Shown piece after piece: positions 1 to 8,620 of a stretch of DNA of 64,000 bases. Source of the stretch: an uncultured bacterium (lineage in GTDB: Bacteria; Oederibacteriota; Oederibacteriia; Oederibacteriales; Oederibacteriaceae); NCBI GenBank assembly GCA_965112635.1, contig OZ218778.1, forward strand, positions 2,496,001 to 2,560,000. Direction: 5' to 3'. Numbering within the stretch: the first letter of the stretch is position 1; each line of letters opens with the position of its first letter. The notes beneath the pieces were generated by a model that saw only the letters and a list, made by a program, of their open reading frames with translations, made no database searches and was not told the DNA's origin. The translations under genes were made by a program, and so were the position numbers.

Positions 1-105
1 ATATCTTGGTTTTTCTAGCAGGGCTTCCAATATTTTGTAGGTCACCGGATTCCCCAAAATGTGGCACAGCCTGGAACACCTGAAACTGCTTTCCTTTAGA
101 GCCAT
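1..105 (-). CDS. ArsR/SmtB-family winged-HTH regulator, N-terminal part (runs off the window start)
   Basis: Not in ORF track. Hand translation from ATG at 105: MALKESSFRCSRLCHILGNPVTYKILEALLEKPRY, matching the ArsR start pattern (LGNPxxxxILxxL). GGGGGAG RBS just upstream. Confidence 0.7.
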   Translation of the reverse strand, partial: MALKESSFRCSRLCHILGNPVTYKILEALLEKPRY

Positions 106-205
106 ATTCTCCCCCTTAATAACTTATTTAAATCTGATTTTGCTCCCCGTCTTCCCCCATGTCAAACCTTTCCCGCTTTTTTCTATGACCTCTGCCCCAA
201 AGCCA

Positions 206-238
206 GATTGCTTCGTCGCTCAAGCTCCTCGCAATGAC
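206..238. repeat. REP-like small palindromic element (GATTGCTTCG...CTCGCAATGAC type)
   Basis: gattgcttcgtcgctcaagctcctcgcaatgac resembles a widespread intergenic repeat family. Single copy in this window. Confidence 0.55.
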
Positions 239-327
239 TTCATAATTAAACTGGGGGAACAAAAAGAAGAAAACCACTGATATAATAATGATGTAAACAT
301 TCTGAGACCTATCCTAAGGAATACCAT

Positions 328-1386
328 ATGTACCTGCGAGTATTAGCTTTACTGCTCCTGCTCATGACTTTGAGCCTGACCTTGTACCTTGGCCAGCCGG
401 TACTGTTAGCCCTATCCCTGCTCTGGGTCCTGACTGTCTGTTCCTTCTATATTTGGATGGAAAGGTCAGGCAAGGTTTCCGTGGCCCGCACCTTTTATTT
501 CGCCTGCCTGTCCCTGTTTTTCCTGCTGAACCTGCATCTATCCACCAGGACCGAAAGCACGTTTGTCCCCTACTGCCACATCAGCTTGGCCGCCAATTTT
601 CTCAATAACGGTTACAGCCAGCTCCTCAGTGTAATCAACGCTACTTATTTTAAATACGGAGTCTTGAGCCTAGGCGTGCTCTGGCTGCTGGTTGTATTGG
701 TCAATGGCGGTGGATTTTGCAGCTGGGTCTGCTTTTTTGGGGGCATTGATGACACCCTGTCCCAGGTCTTAAAAAAACCTTTGCTCAAGATTCCTGATAC
801 CAAAAGGATACGGGAGTTCCAGCTGGCCTTTTTTATCTTTCTAGTCCTAGTTTCCTTTATATATTTTGAACCAGTCTTTTGCCAGTGGGTTTGTCCCCTG
901 AAAATAACCGGCGAAAACTTGGACCCCGATTCTCCGTCCTACTCCCTGCAGGTGGCCTCCTATGTTTCCATCGGCGGGGTATTTCTGCTGGGACTTCCCC
1001 TGCTGACCAAAAAAAGGACTTTCTGCAGTATGATCTGTCCCTTTGGCTCCCTTCCGCCTCTTTTGCATAAGCTCACGCCGTACAAGATAACTATCAAAGC
1101 GGACCAATGTATCGGCTGCGGGAAATGCGCTGAGGCCTGCCCCAGCTTTGCCATAGAAAAAATAGAAAAACAGGGCAAGATTTTCCAGGCCAGCCAATAC
1201 TGTACCCTTTGCTACCGCTGCATACCCGCCTGCCCGGAGAAAGCCATTATCCCCACGCTGTTCCACAAAAAGTCCAGCCCCCTGCTTCCTTTTATATCCC
1301 TGTGCTTCGGCGGCGCCCTTTCCCTGTTCTACGTTCCCGGCGGGATACTGGCCCTGTTAAATCTTTTAAAGGCGGTGGCCCGATGA
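328..1386 (+). CDS. Membrane polyferredoxin, NapH/MauN-like 4Fe-4S binding protein
   Basis: Several TM helices; FCxWxC-type motifs (FCSWVC, FCQWVCP, FCSMICP); two CxxCxxCxxxCP ferredoxin motifs. Confidence 0.85.
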   Translation: MYLRVLALLLLLMTLSLTLYLGQPVLLALSLLWVLTVCSFYIWMERSGKVSVARTFYFACLSLFFLLNLHLSTRTESTFVPYCHISLAANFLNNGYSQLLSVINATYFKYGVLSLGVLWLLVVLVNGGGFCSWVCFFGGIDDTLSQVLKKPLLKIPDTKRIREFQLAFFIFLVLVSFIYFEPVFCQWVCPLKITGENLDPDSPSYSLQVASYVSIGGVFLLGLPLLTKKRTFCSMICPFGSLPPLLHKLTPYKITIKADQCIGCGKCAEACPSFAIEKIEKQGKIFQASQYCTLCYRCIPACPEKAIIPTLFHKKSSPLLPFISLCFGGALSLFYVPGGILALLNLLKAVAR

Positions 1387-1997
1387 TCAAGACCAGCCTG
1401 GAAGGACTTGTTTTGGGTTTGACCATCGGCGGTTATTGCACGGCCTTTTGCTCGCCGTTTATTTTTCCCTATCTTCTGACCGGCCCTCGGGCAACTCTCC
1501 GTCACAAGATCTTTATTTTCACGGAGTTCACCTTGGGCCGTCTGGCCGCCTACCTTGTCTTTGCCGCAGCCACCGTGCTCCTGGGCCGGTCTTTACAAAA
1601 TATTCTGACGCCCCGGATCAAGGGAACGCTTCTCATCCTGGCCGCTCTAGTGGTCCTGATCTATTCGGTTTGGTGCCTGTTCCGTGAGCAGGCCTGCAAC
1701 GCCTGCCTGCACACCCGGGTCTCCCTAAAAAGCCTTCCCTGGCTGACCGGTTTTTTTCTGGGCATCAACCTGTGTCCGCCCTTTGCCCTGGCCCTGGTCC
1801 AGGCGATCAGCATCAAAGACCTTGTGCCCACGGCCCTGTATTTTATCTCTCTTTTCATCGGGACGACCTTATACCTGACACCGGCGCCGTTCATTATCAA
1901 CCTTTTGCCTCAGCAAACCTTTAAACGGGTCGGTGCTTATCTGGGTGTTTTGACCGGCATCTGGTTCACCCTGCAAGGAGTTATATCTGTATTATGA
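1383..1997 (+). CDS. DsbD_2 / TauE-SafE-like membrane protein with Cys motifs
   Basis: Start reassigned to MIKTSLEG (ATGA overlap with the upstream stop). CTAFCSP, GRLAAY and GINLCPP motifs; about 6 TM helices. Confidence 0.75.
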   Translation: MIKTSLEGLVLGLTIGGYCTAFCSPFIFPYLLTGPRATLRHKIFIFTEFTLGRLAAYLVFAAATVLLGRSLQNILTPRIKGTLLILAALVVLIYSVWCLFREQACNACLHTRVSLKSLPWLTGFFLGINLCPPFALALVQAISIKDLVPTALYFISLFIGTTLYLTPAPFIINLLPQQTFKRVGAYLGVLTGIWFTLQGVISVL

Positions 1998-2011
1998 CCA
2001 GAAAAATTAAA

Positions 2012-2097
2012 TCCTCCCCTTTGTAAGGGGAGGAAAAAGGTGGGGTAGATCGGCAGACCGGTCTACCTCCCCTACCCCTCCTTACAAAGGAGGGGTA
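2012..2097. repeat. Composite palindromic repeat (CCCCT...AGGGG double hairpin, REP/MITE-like)
   Basis: Hairpin tcctcccctt-tgt-aaggggagga (2012-2034) and hairpin tacccctcctt-aca-aaggaggggta (2073-2097). cctttgtaagg and ccttacaaagg are reverse complements. Central ggtaga/tctacc stem. Confidence 0.7.
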
Positions 2098-2119
2098 ATT
2101 AAGGAGTAGCGCAAATATT

Positions 2120-4276
2120 ATGATCATTGCTTATGGCATCCTCACTCTAATGAGCCAGACCATCCTGCTGCAGGAACTCTCTGTCTTGTTCCGCAGGAAT
2201 GAAGTGGTCCTGGGCATCCTTTTCTTTTCCTGGCTGTGCGGGAGCGGCCTGGGCAGTTCCTTTTTCCGCTTTTTGCCGGACCGCTTGAAAACTTGGGAAA
2301 AGCTTCCTGACTGGACAGCCTGCGCCACGGCCTGGCTTGTCTTTGTCCTTATCTTTATCATCCGAGCCATCTTTGGGTTCTACCAGTTCTCCGCCCTGCC
2401 CAACCTCGTTTATATCTCCCTTATCTCATTTTGCCTCATCGCGCCCGTCAGCTTTTTGATCGGCCTTTGCTTTACCGCCTATTGCGCCAGAAACCCCTCC
2501 CACCTGTCCCTCAACCAGGTCTTTCTCTTGGAATCTCTGGGCGCTTTTATAGGCGGTATGGTCATCACCTTTTCCACGGATAACAGGCCGGACGCTCTCA
2601 TCTATGCCTTTAGCCTGATAGTCGTGCTCCATGTTTTTATGGCCAGGCGCCATTCCTCTCCGCTGGTTTCCCTGCTTATTTCCATCTTCCTGGTCTTCCT
2701 GATCCTCAACCTTTTCCCCGGTTTTTCCAATGGTTTTATCCAGCTCAGCCGCAAGCTACAGTTCCGCCATTCCCAGGTTCTGAACACCCAGCCGTCGGTT
2801 TACGGCGACCTGACCACGGTCCAGAACCAGAACCTCAAGACAACTTATTACAACGGAGAAAACTTATTCTCCTGGGACACTTTGCCCTATGAGGAAACCG
2901 GACTTCTGCCAGCCCTGGCCGCACCATCAACCAAAAAAATATTGGTGCTGGGCTTTTGCTCCCCGCCCCAGCTCCAGCAGCTTTTGAGATTTAAACCCCA
3001 GGAGATCACCCTGATCTTCCAGGACAACAAACTGGACCTCCTTTTGGACGCTTATTTTGACCAAAACAACCCCTGGCCGGGAGCCACGGCCTTGGGGACC
3101 ATTCACGCCGACCCTTTCCGCTGGCCCAGCCATGGCAGAGAACAGTACGACCTTGTGCTCATTGCCAAGGAATTGCCCACGAGCCTGGCGGACAACCGCT
3201 ATTTCTCGGACAATTTTTTGTCACGGGTCCGGGAGGTTCTCAATCCCAATGGCGTGGCTGTCCTAAGCCTTCGTTATGAGGAGAACTTTTCCGACCCCTA
3301 TACCCTGGCCAACTTCCGCATTATCCGCGACACCTTGCGGACTTGTTTTAGCGAGGTCGCTTTTATACCGGCGGAAAAATTCTATTTTTTCGCTTCCAAT
3401 TCCCCCCTCAAACTCACCAGCCTGGATTTGCTCGGCAAATTGAAAAAGCTCCACCCAGCCCCCTTGACCCTGAACAAACCCTATCTGGACGAATACATTG
3501 CTCCCGAAAGACTGTGCAAGTTTGACGGGCTCCTGGATTCCGCGGGCAACAAAACAGTCAACCATCTTTTTTCCATGAGCTTGTACCTCAACAGCCTCAA
3601 AAAACAGCTCAAAGCGGACTTGCGTCAATCCTGGTTTGCTTTGGCCCTCCTGGCTGTCCTGGTCCTGTCTTTGCTCGGCGCCAAAATGCAAAATCTCAAA
3701 CACCTATTTTTGGCCGACCGGCATTCCCTTTATTTGTTTTTCCTGGGTTTCAATGCGATGACCGGCGAGATCCTGCTTCTTCTTTTTTACCAGTCTGTCA
3801 GCGGGTTCATCTATTTCTACTACGCCTTTATAACTGCCGCTTTCATGCTGGGGCTCAGTTTGGGCAGCGGCTACACGCTTATCTTTAAGCAAACCAAGGC
3901 TTTCCAACGCTTGATGTTCGCCTGCCTTAGCGTGCTCTGGGTGCTGGCCATCGGCCTTCTTTACCAGGGTCTTTTTTCATCCACTTTCAAGGTCCTTTCC
4001 ATCCCCCTGGTGGTACAGCTCTTGAATATTGTGGGAGGGTTCTTCCTGGGAGCGGCGTTCAATCTTGAAGGCCAGGCCGCATACAAACTCGACAACTCCG
4101 CCCTAAACTTGTCTCCCCGGCTTTATTCTTTCGACCTTTTTGGCTCCAGCCTGGCCGCCCTGCTCGTGCCTTTGGTGTGCATTCCTTTGATGGGGATGAC
4201 CGCCACGGCCTTTTTGAGCGCCCTGTTGCTTCTCGCTGTCATTTCTTCGCAGGGGAGGCTTAGCCGTGAACCTTAA
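2120..4276 (+). CDS. Fused membrane/spermidine-synthase-like (SAM-dependent fold) protein
   Basis: N- and C-terminal TM blocks (QTILLQEL, ESLGAFIGG, YSFDLFGS). Central SVYGDL...YYNG...KILVLG...YDLVL...LNPNGV domain. The glycine-rich SAM loop is degenerate (LGFCSP). Confidence 0.75.
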   Translation: MIIAYGILTLMSQTILLQELSVLFRRNEVVLGILFFSWLCGSGLGSSFFRFLPDRLKTWEKLPDWTACATAWLVFVLIFIIRAIFGFYQFSALPNLVYISLISFCLIAPVSFLIGLCFTAYCARNPSHLSLNQVFLLESLGAFIGGMVITFSTDNRPDALIYAFSLIVVLHVFMARRHSSPLVSLLISIFLVFLILNLFPGFSNGFIQLSRKLQFRHSQVLNTQPSVYGDLTTVQNQNLKTTYYNGENLFSWDTLPYEETGLLPALAAPSTKKILVLGFCSPPQLQQLLRFKPQEITLIFQDNKLDLLLDAYFDQNNPWPGATALGTIHADPFRWPSHGREQYDLVLIAKELPTSLADNRYFSDNFLSRVREVLNPNGVAVLSLRYEENFSDPYTLANFRIIRDTLRTCFSEVAFIPAEKFYFFASNSPLKLTSLDLLGKLKKLHPAPLTLNKPYLDEYIAPERLCKFDGLLDSAGNKTVNHLFSMSLYLNSLKKQLKADLRQSWFALALLAVLVLSLLGAKMQNLKHLFLADRHSLYLFFLGFNAMTGEILLLLFYQSVSGFIYFYYAFITAAFMLGLSLGSGYTLIFKQTKAFQRLMFACLSVLWVLAIGLLYQGLFSSTFKVLSIPLVVQLLNIVGGFFLGAAFNLEGQAAYKLDNSALNLSPRLYSFDLFGSSLAALLVPLVCIPLMGMTATAFLSALLLLAVISSQGRLSREP

Positions 4277-5402
4277 AGCGCGCCACTATGCCCTTCTTGG
4301 CCTGTCCCTGGCCATAACCTCATTGTTTCTAGGACTGTTTTTAAGCCAAAGATCTCCCTGCGTGTTCTCTCTTGCTCCGGCCAATCCGTCCTATGCCAGG
4401 CCGGCTCATTTCTGGAAAAAAGCGGATATGGGTGTCCAGTGCCGACTCTGCCCTTTTAATTGTTTTTTGCCGGAGGGGGCCAAGGGAAAATGCCGCGTGC
4501 GCATGAACAAGGACGGCAAGCTTTATACCGAGGTTTATGGCCAGGCTGTATCCATCAATGTCGACCCTATTGAAAAAAAACCGGTCTTCCATATGCTCCC
4601 CGGCTCCCGCATCCTGTCCCTGGCCACGGTCGGCTGCCCCCTGCGCTGCACCTTTTGCCAGAACTGGTCTTTGTCCCAGTCCTTTCCCGAAGAGGTCAAG
4701 TCAACCCAACTCACCTCTCCTGAGGACATCGTCAAGGCCGCCCTGGCTTATCACATCCCCTCCATTGCCTACACCTACAGCGAACCAGTCATTTTCTACG
4801 AGTACATGCTGGAAACAGCCCGCCTGGCCAAACAAAACGGACTGCGCAATGTCATGGTCACTTCGGGCTATATCAACCCGGAGCCTCTAGCCGCGCTCGC
4901 GCCTTATTTTGACGTCATTAAGGTGGACCTCAAAGGGATGGACGAAAAGTTCTACAGGGATGATGTGGGTGGACGGCTGGATGCGGTCCTCACCAGCCTC
5001 AAGCTCCTCAAAAAATTGAACGTGCTGACCGAGGTGGTCAATTTGGTGGTCCCCGGCCGCAACGACAGTGCCGGGGATTTCGAAAAGCTTAGCCAATGGG
5101 TGTACGACAACCTGGGGCCCGACACGCCTTTGTTCTTTTCCCGGTTCCACCCGGACTACAAGCTCAGCAACCTTCCGCCCACGCCAATCGAAACGCTGGA
5201 ACAGGCGCGCAACATCGCCATGAAAATCGGCTTGCGCTTCGTCTATCTCGGCAATGTGCCCGGCAGCGATGGCGAAAACACCTACTGCCCGCATTGCCAT
5301 GCTTTATTGGTCAAAAGGGTAGGTTATGATATCCAGCAGAACAACCTGAAACACGGCCGCTGCCCTGTATGCGGCACCAAGATACCGGGGATTTGGGACT
5401 AG
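4266..5402 (+). CDS. amrS: AmmeMemoRadiSam system radical SAM enzyme with N-terminal hydrophobic anchor
   Basis: CRLCPFNC...GKCRVR, DPIEKKP, CPLRCTFC (CxxxCxxC), YTYSEP, SRFHP, TYCPHC...CPVCG. Confidence 0.9.
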   Translation: MNLKARHYALLGLSLAITSLFLGLFLSQRSPCVFSLAPANPSYARPAHFWKKADMGVQCRLCPFNCFLPEGAKGKCRVRMNKDGKLYTEVYGQAVSINVDPIEKKPVFHMLPGSRILSLATVGCPLRCTFCQNWSLSQSFPEEVKSTQLTSPEDIVKAALAYHIPSIAYTYSEPVIFYEYMLETARLAKQNGLRNVMVTSGYINPEPLAALAPYFDVIKVDLKGMDEKFYRDDVGGRLDAVLTSLKLLKKLNVLTEVVNLVVPGRNDSAGDFEKLSQWVYDNLGPDTPLFFSRFHPDYKLSNLPPTPIETLEQARNIAMKIGLRFVYLGNVPGSDGENTYCPHCHALLVKRVGYDIQQNNLKHGRCPVCGTKIPGIWD

Positions 5403-5496
5403 CCCTTATACCCCAATCCTAAAACCCCTTTATTAACGCCTCAAAATAAAGGAGATTTATACCCCAAAATGAGGTTTAGGCATGGTTGCAAGGGAG

Positions 5497-5886
5497 TTAA
5501 CTCCCGAGATGTAAATCCGCCAAAAACTCTCTGGTTTGCTGATGGCCCACCCCAAAAGTTTCACTGCGAAGATACCCGTCGTCTGAAACAAGGATAATGC
5601 TTTCCTTTGGTACCTCTTCCTGGTCTATCCATTTCCTTATCTCCGCATCGGCATGATTGCTGTAAACAAAGGAAATATTGGAGGATATTTGCTCAGTTTC
5701 ACTGTGTGGGGCCTGGCGCGAATCCCAGAATACGATGATATTTTTAATATCCTGGTCCGTCTGGATAAGGGTTTTAAGCAGCTTGTAAAGAGCGTAACGC
5801 TGGTCTTCTTTAGTCTTGGCCTGGAAAAGCTTTTTCCCTGCTTGGCTCATGGTGAGATTGTAACCATCTATGAGATAGGTCTTCAC
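5497..5886 (-). CDS. NYN/YacP-like PIN-domain ribonuclease
   Basis: YLIDGYN, VFWD, ADAEI and LVSDD acidic motifs. Confidence 0.8.
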   Translation of the reverse strand: MKTYLIDGYNLTMSQAGKKLFQAKTKEDQRYALYKLLKTLIQTDQDIKNIIVFWDSRQAPHSETEQISSNISFVYSNHADAEIRKWIDQEEVPKESIILVSDDGYLRSETFGVGHQQTREFLADLHLGS

Positions 5887-5896
5887 TTTATGTCCC

Positions 5897-6823
5897 TCAA
5901 AGCACTGACCTTACTTTGGGCAGTATATTCCGGTCCACATCTTGGTCATTCCTGGGCATGGCCACGCCCCTGAACAAATGCCACTGCTCCGTATGTTCCA
6001 CAAAGTTGCCCGGCTCCAGCTTGACCAAAGGTCCCAGGCTTTCCACTTCCAGCATTACATTGCTGGTATAGACCTCGGCATTACAATCAAAATCCGGGTA
6101 AAGCCGGTTTTCTTCATAGCCAAAGGTCTTGATGAACAGGTTCCCGTGGTTGCAGTAGGCCAGCCAGCCGTCCTTGTCCAGCACGCCCAGCATCTGGGGA
6201 TTTTCCTTGGTTACATCCTGCCGGAGCATGATATAGCGCGTGCCCCAGGTCCAGCGCGAGTCCTGGAGGTCTGTATAGGACCAGACCGAGATGACGCTCT
6301 TGGGCAGCAGGTTAGCCGGGTCTGTGTGGGAACCTCTCGGAGGCAAGGGGATGACAGCCTTGCCGCCTGCCGCCATGACCGACAGCGCCCAGGGAGCCAG
6401 CTCCACGGGCCAGGAACCGAGGTTGCGGAGCCGATGGACCAGCCTGACACGGCTGCTCGTTCCCGGGGCCAGGTCTATATCTATTTCTTTTTGGATGCCG
6501 GTCGGTTTTTCCACGGGCTGGATAAATCTCGTGAATTGCTTGTGGTGTTCCACCTTGACCGGCCCGTTGTCAGGCACATAGGTACGGGGCATGTTTTCCG
6601 GAGAATGCCACAGGCGGTGCCCGCCGTAATTGATCCATTCCTTGCCGCCTTTTTTCCCGAGATGCTTCTCGTTTTCTCTGAATTCGTTCGTCCCGCCTTT
6701 AAACCCGTAACGGATGACCCGGGGGCCCACATCGCTGGTCACCACCAGTTCAACAGCCTTGTTGGACAGGCCATAACAGTTCTTCCAGCCCTTATAAGTT
6801 ATTTTTTTCGCTTTGTTTTCCAT
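5897..6823 (-). CDS. Galactose-mutarotase-like fold protein (DUF4380-like)
   Basis: Start reassigned to MENKAKK (GGAG upstream). VGPRVI, YGGHRLWHSPE and EVESLGP motifs. Confidence 0.65.
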   Translation of the reverse strand: MENKAKKITYKGWKNCYGLSNKAVELVVTSDVGPRVIRYGFKGGTNEFRENEKHLGKKGGKEWINYGGHRLWHSPENMPRTYVPDNGPVKVEHHKQFTRFIQPVEKPTGIQKEIDIDLAPGTSSRVRLVHRLRNLGSWPVELAPWALSVMAAGGKAVIPLPPRGSHTDPANLLPKSVISVWSYTDLQDSRWTWGTRYIMLRQDVTKENPQMLGVLDKDGWLAYCNHGNLFIKTFGYEENRLYPDFDCNAEVYTSNVMLEVESLGPLVKLEPGNFVEHTEQWHLFRGVAMPRNDQDVDRNILPKVRSVL

Positions 6824-6848
6824 GCCTACCCGTCTCCACCCTAGCTTC

Positions 6849-6889
6849 AAAACAAAAACCCCTCTCAGATGATTCATCCAAGAGGGGTT
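6849..6889 (-). terminator. Intrinsic terminator downstream of the 6906-7724 gene
   Basis: Stem aacccctct (6857-6865)/agaggggtt (6881-6889), followed by a T-run on the minus strand. Confidence 0.7.
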
Positions 6890-6905
6890 ATATTTGAAAC
6901 TTAAT

Positions 6906-7724
6906 TTAGAACTTGTGCATGCAGGCCAGACTTACGCCCCATACAAACCCCCCGAAATCCGTGCTACCCCCTGATGTCAAAGGGGCATACTGGGGATTGT
7001 CGTCACCGGGATTAGGGGTGGAAGAATTGATCTTGGTAAATTGGCTGGCGGTGGAGGTGAACGAAAGCGGCACTTGCAGGCTGAGCGTATCATTGGCACC
7101 CAGGGAAATGCCGTAACCAGGGGTCACCACGGTGTCAAAAACGGTGAAAACCGAATAATTATCCGCGGTAACGACCTCGCTCAGGGTTGCGTTGGACTTG
7201 CTTGGGTAAACATCCAGTACTTCTTCCGACTGTATTAATAGAAGCAAGGGTCCCACGCCAACTCCCAGGGAAAAAGAACCGGGGCCGACATTGCTCACCC
7301 ATTCGGCCTTGGCCAGGATAGGCATGGTTGTGAGCTTGACCGAGGCAGTGCTTCCGGTACCGACCCAACCAGCCCCTGCGACATTGAAGCCCGGCATATT
7401 CCCCGGAAGGGGGTTGATCCCATATTTTGTCAGATCAAAAGAATAGGAGCTGAGGGGGGTGTCAATGCCGATTTCAATACCGCCGTACAGGGAATCCGCC
7501 AGTTTGGCCAACAGGTCGGCCTCAAAGGTCAACTGGCTGGTGGATATGTTTTCCGACTGGTTCTTGGTGACACCCGTCGTAAGGTTGGTCTGGGGGTAAT
7601 GATAGACCCCGGTAAAGGTCCCATAGCCCAGATTGATCGTCCCAAGGCCGGTGTCGGCCCAGGAACTTACGGCCAAACTTAAAACCATACTGAACACGGC
7701 TAGAACACAAAGTCCTCTATTCAC
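6906..7724 (-). CDS. Secreted protein, probable outer-membrane beta-barrel
   Basis: Signal peptide ending SWA-D; alternating beta-strand patterns; C-terminal Phe; GGAGG RBS. Confidence 0.6.
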   Translation of the reverse strand: MNRGLCVLAVFSMVLSLAVSSWADTGLGTINLGYGTFTGVYHYPQTNLTTGVTKNQSENISTSQLTFEADLLAKLADSLYGGIEIGIDTPLSSYSFDLTKYGINPLPGNMPGFNVAGAGWVGTGSTASVKLTTMPILAKAEWVSNVGPGSFSLGVGVGPLLLLIQSEEVLDVYPSKSNATLSEVVTADNYSVFTVFDTVVTPGYGISLGANDTLSLQVPLSFTSTASQFTKINSSTPNPGDDNPQYAPLTSGGSTDFGGFVWGVSLACMHKF

Positions 7725-7821
7725 AAAAAACCTCCCTTCTTAATTCTATTTTTTGACTGATAGGCACAATACTAGTCTTTGGATGGTTGACTGTCAAGAA
7801 ACACGCTGGGAAAGAAGGGTC

Positions 7822-7850
7822 TTGAGCCACTGGTAATAAACCGTTATATT
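7822..7850 (+). promoter_or_regulatory. Sigma70-type promoter, probably giving a leaderless mRNA
   Basis: TTGAGC (7822)-17 bp-TATATT (7845-7850); ATG follows after 6 nt; no SD. Confidence 0.5.
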
Positions 7851-7856
7851 TTAGGC

Positions 7857-8585
7857 ATGGAAAAAACGAAAAACTTGAAAATTCCCCTGGCGCGCGCCTT
7901 GTCTAAGCTGGGCTTTTGTTCTCGTTCGCAAGCCGTTAAACTCATCCTGACTGGCAAGGTTAGCGTCAACGGAAAACCAGCCCAAGACCCAGGACTCCGG
8001 ATCAGCCCCAGCCATGACCTCATCAAAGTAGATGGCCAGGCCCTCAAACCCAGCCCCAAGCTTTACCTAATGCTCAACAAACCCCGGGGTTATGTGACCA
8101 CCGCTTCGGATGAAAAAGGCCGCAAAACCGTTTACGACCTATTGCCTCCGGCTGTCGGCTCCTGGCTTTCACCGGTTGGCCGCCTGGATATGGCCAGCGA
8201 AGGGCTTTTGCTTTTTACCAACGACACCAAGTGGGCCACCGGCCTCACCGACCCGGCCAGCCATCTGGACAAGACCTATCATGTCCAGGTCAAGACTATC
8301 CCGCAAACGGAAACTCTGGAAAAAATGGTTAAAGGCATTCTTCTGGACGGTTCCCTTTGGAAAGTCAAAAGAGTCTCTATCCTCAGAAAAGGCGAGATCA
8401 ACTGCTGGCTGGAGATCGTGTTGGACGAGGGAAAGAACCGGCAGATACGGCGCATCCTGGAAGCTCTGGCTCTCCCCATCCTGCGCCTAGTCCGTGTCTC
8501 TATCGGCCCCCTCACGCTCGGCAGTTTGGCCAAGGGTAGAACACGGGAATTAACTAAAGAAGAAGTTCAGCAACTCTGGCCGTAA
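7857..8585 (+). CDS. rRNA pseudouridine synthase, RsuA/RluB family with S4 domain
   Basis: CSRS S4 domain, LNKPRG, VGRLD catalytic motif, EGKNRQIRR. Confidence 0.92.
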   Translation: MEKTKNLKIPLARALSKLGFCSRSQAVKLILTGKVSVNGKPAQDPGLRISPSHDLIKVDGQALKPSPKLYLMLNKPRGYVTTASDEKGRKTVYDLLPPAVGSWLSPVGRLDMASEGLLLFTNDTKWATGLTDPASHLDKTYHVQVKTIPQTETLEKMVKGILLDGSLWKVKRVSILRKGEINCWLEIVLDEGKNRQIRRILEALALPILRLVRVSIGPLTLGSLAKGRTRELTKEEVQQLWP

Positions 8586-8620
8586 AACCTTCCCCCCTGG
8601 ACCAACCGGACACAAAAAAT

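Noticed and set aside
59-280. 73-aa plus-strand ORF
   Set aside because: Overlaps the minus-strand ArsR start and a REP-like element; no RBS or motif.
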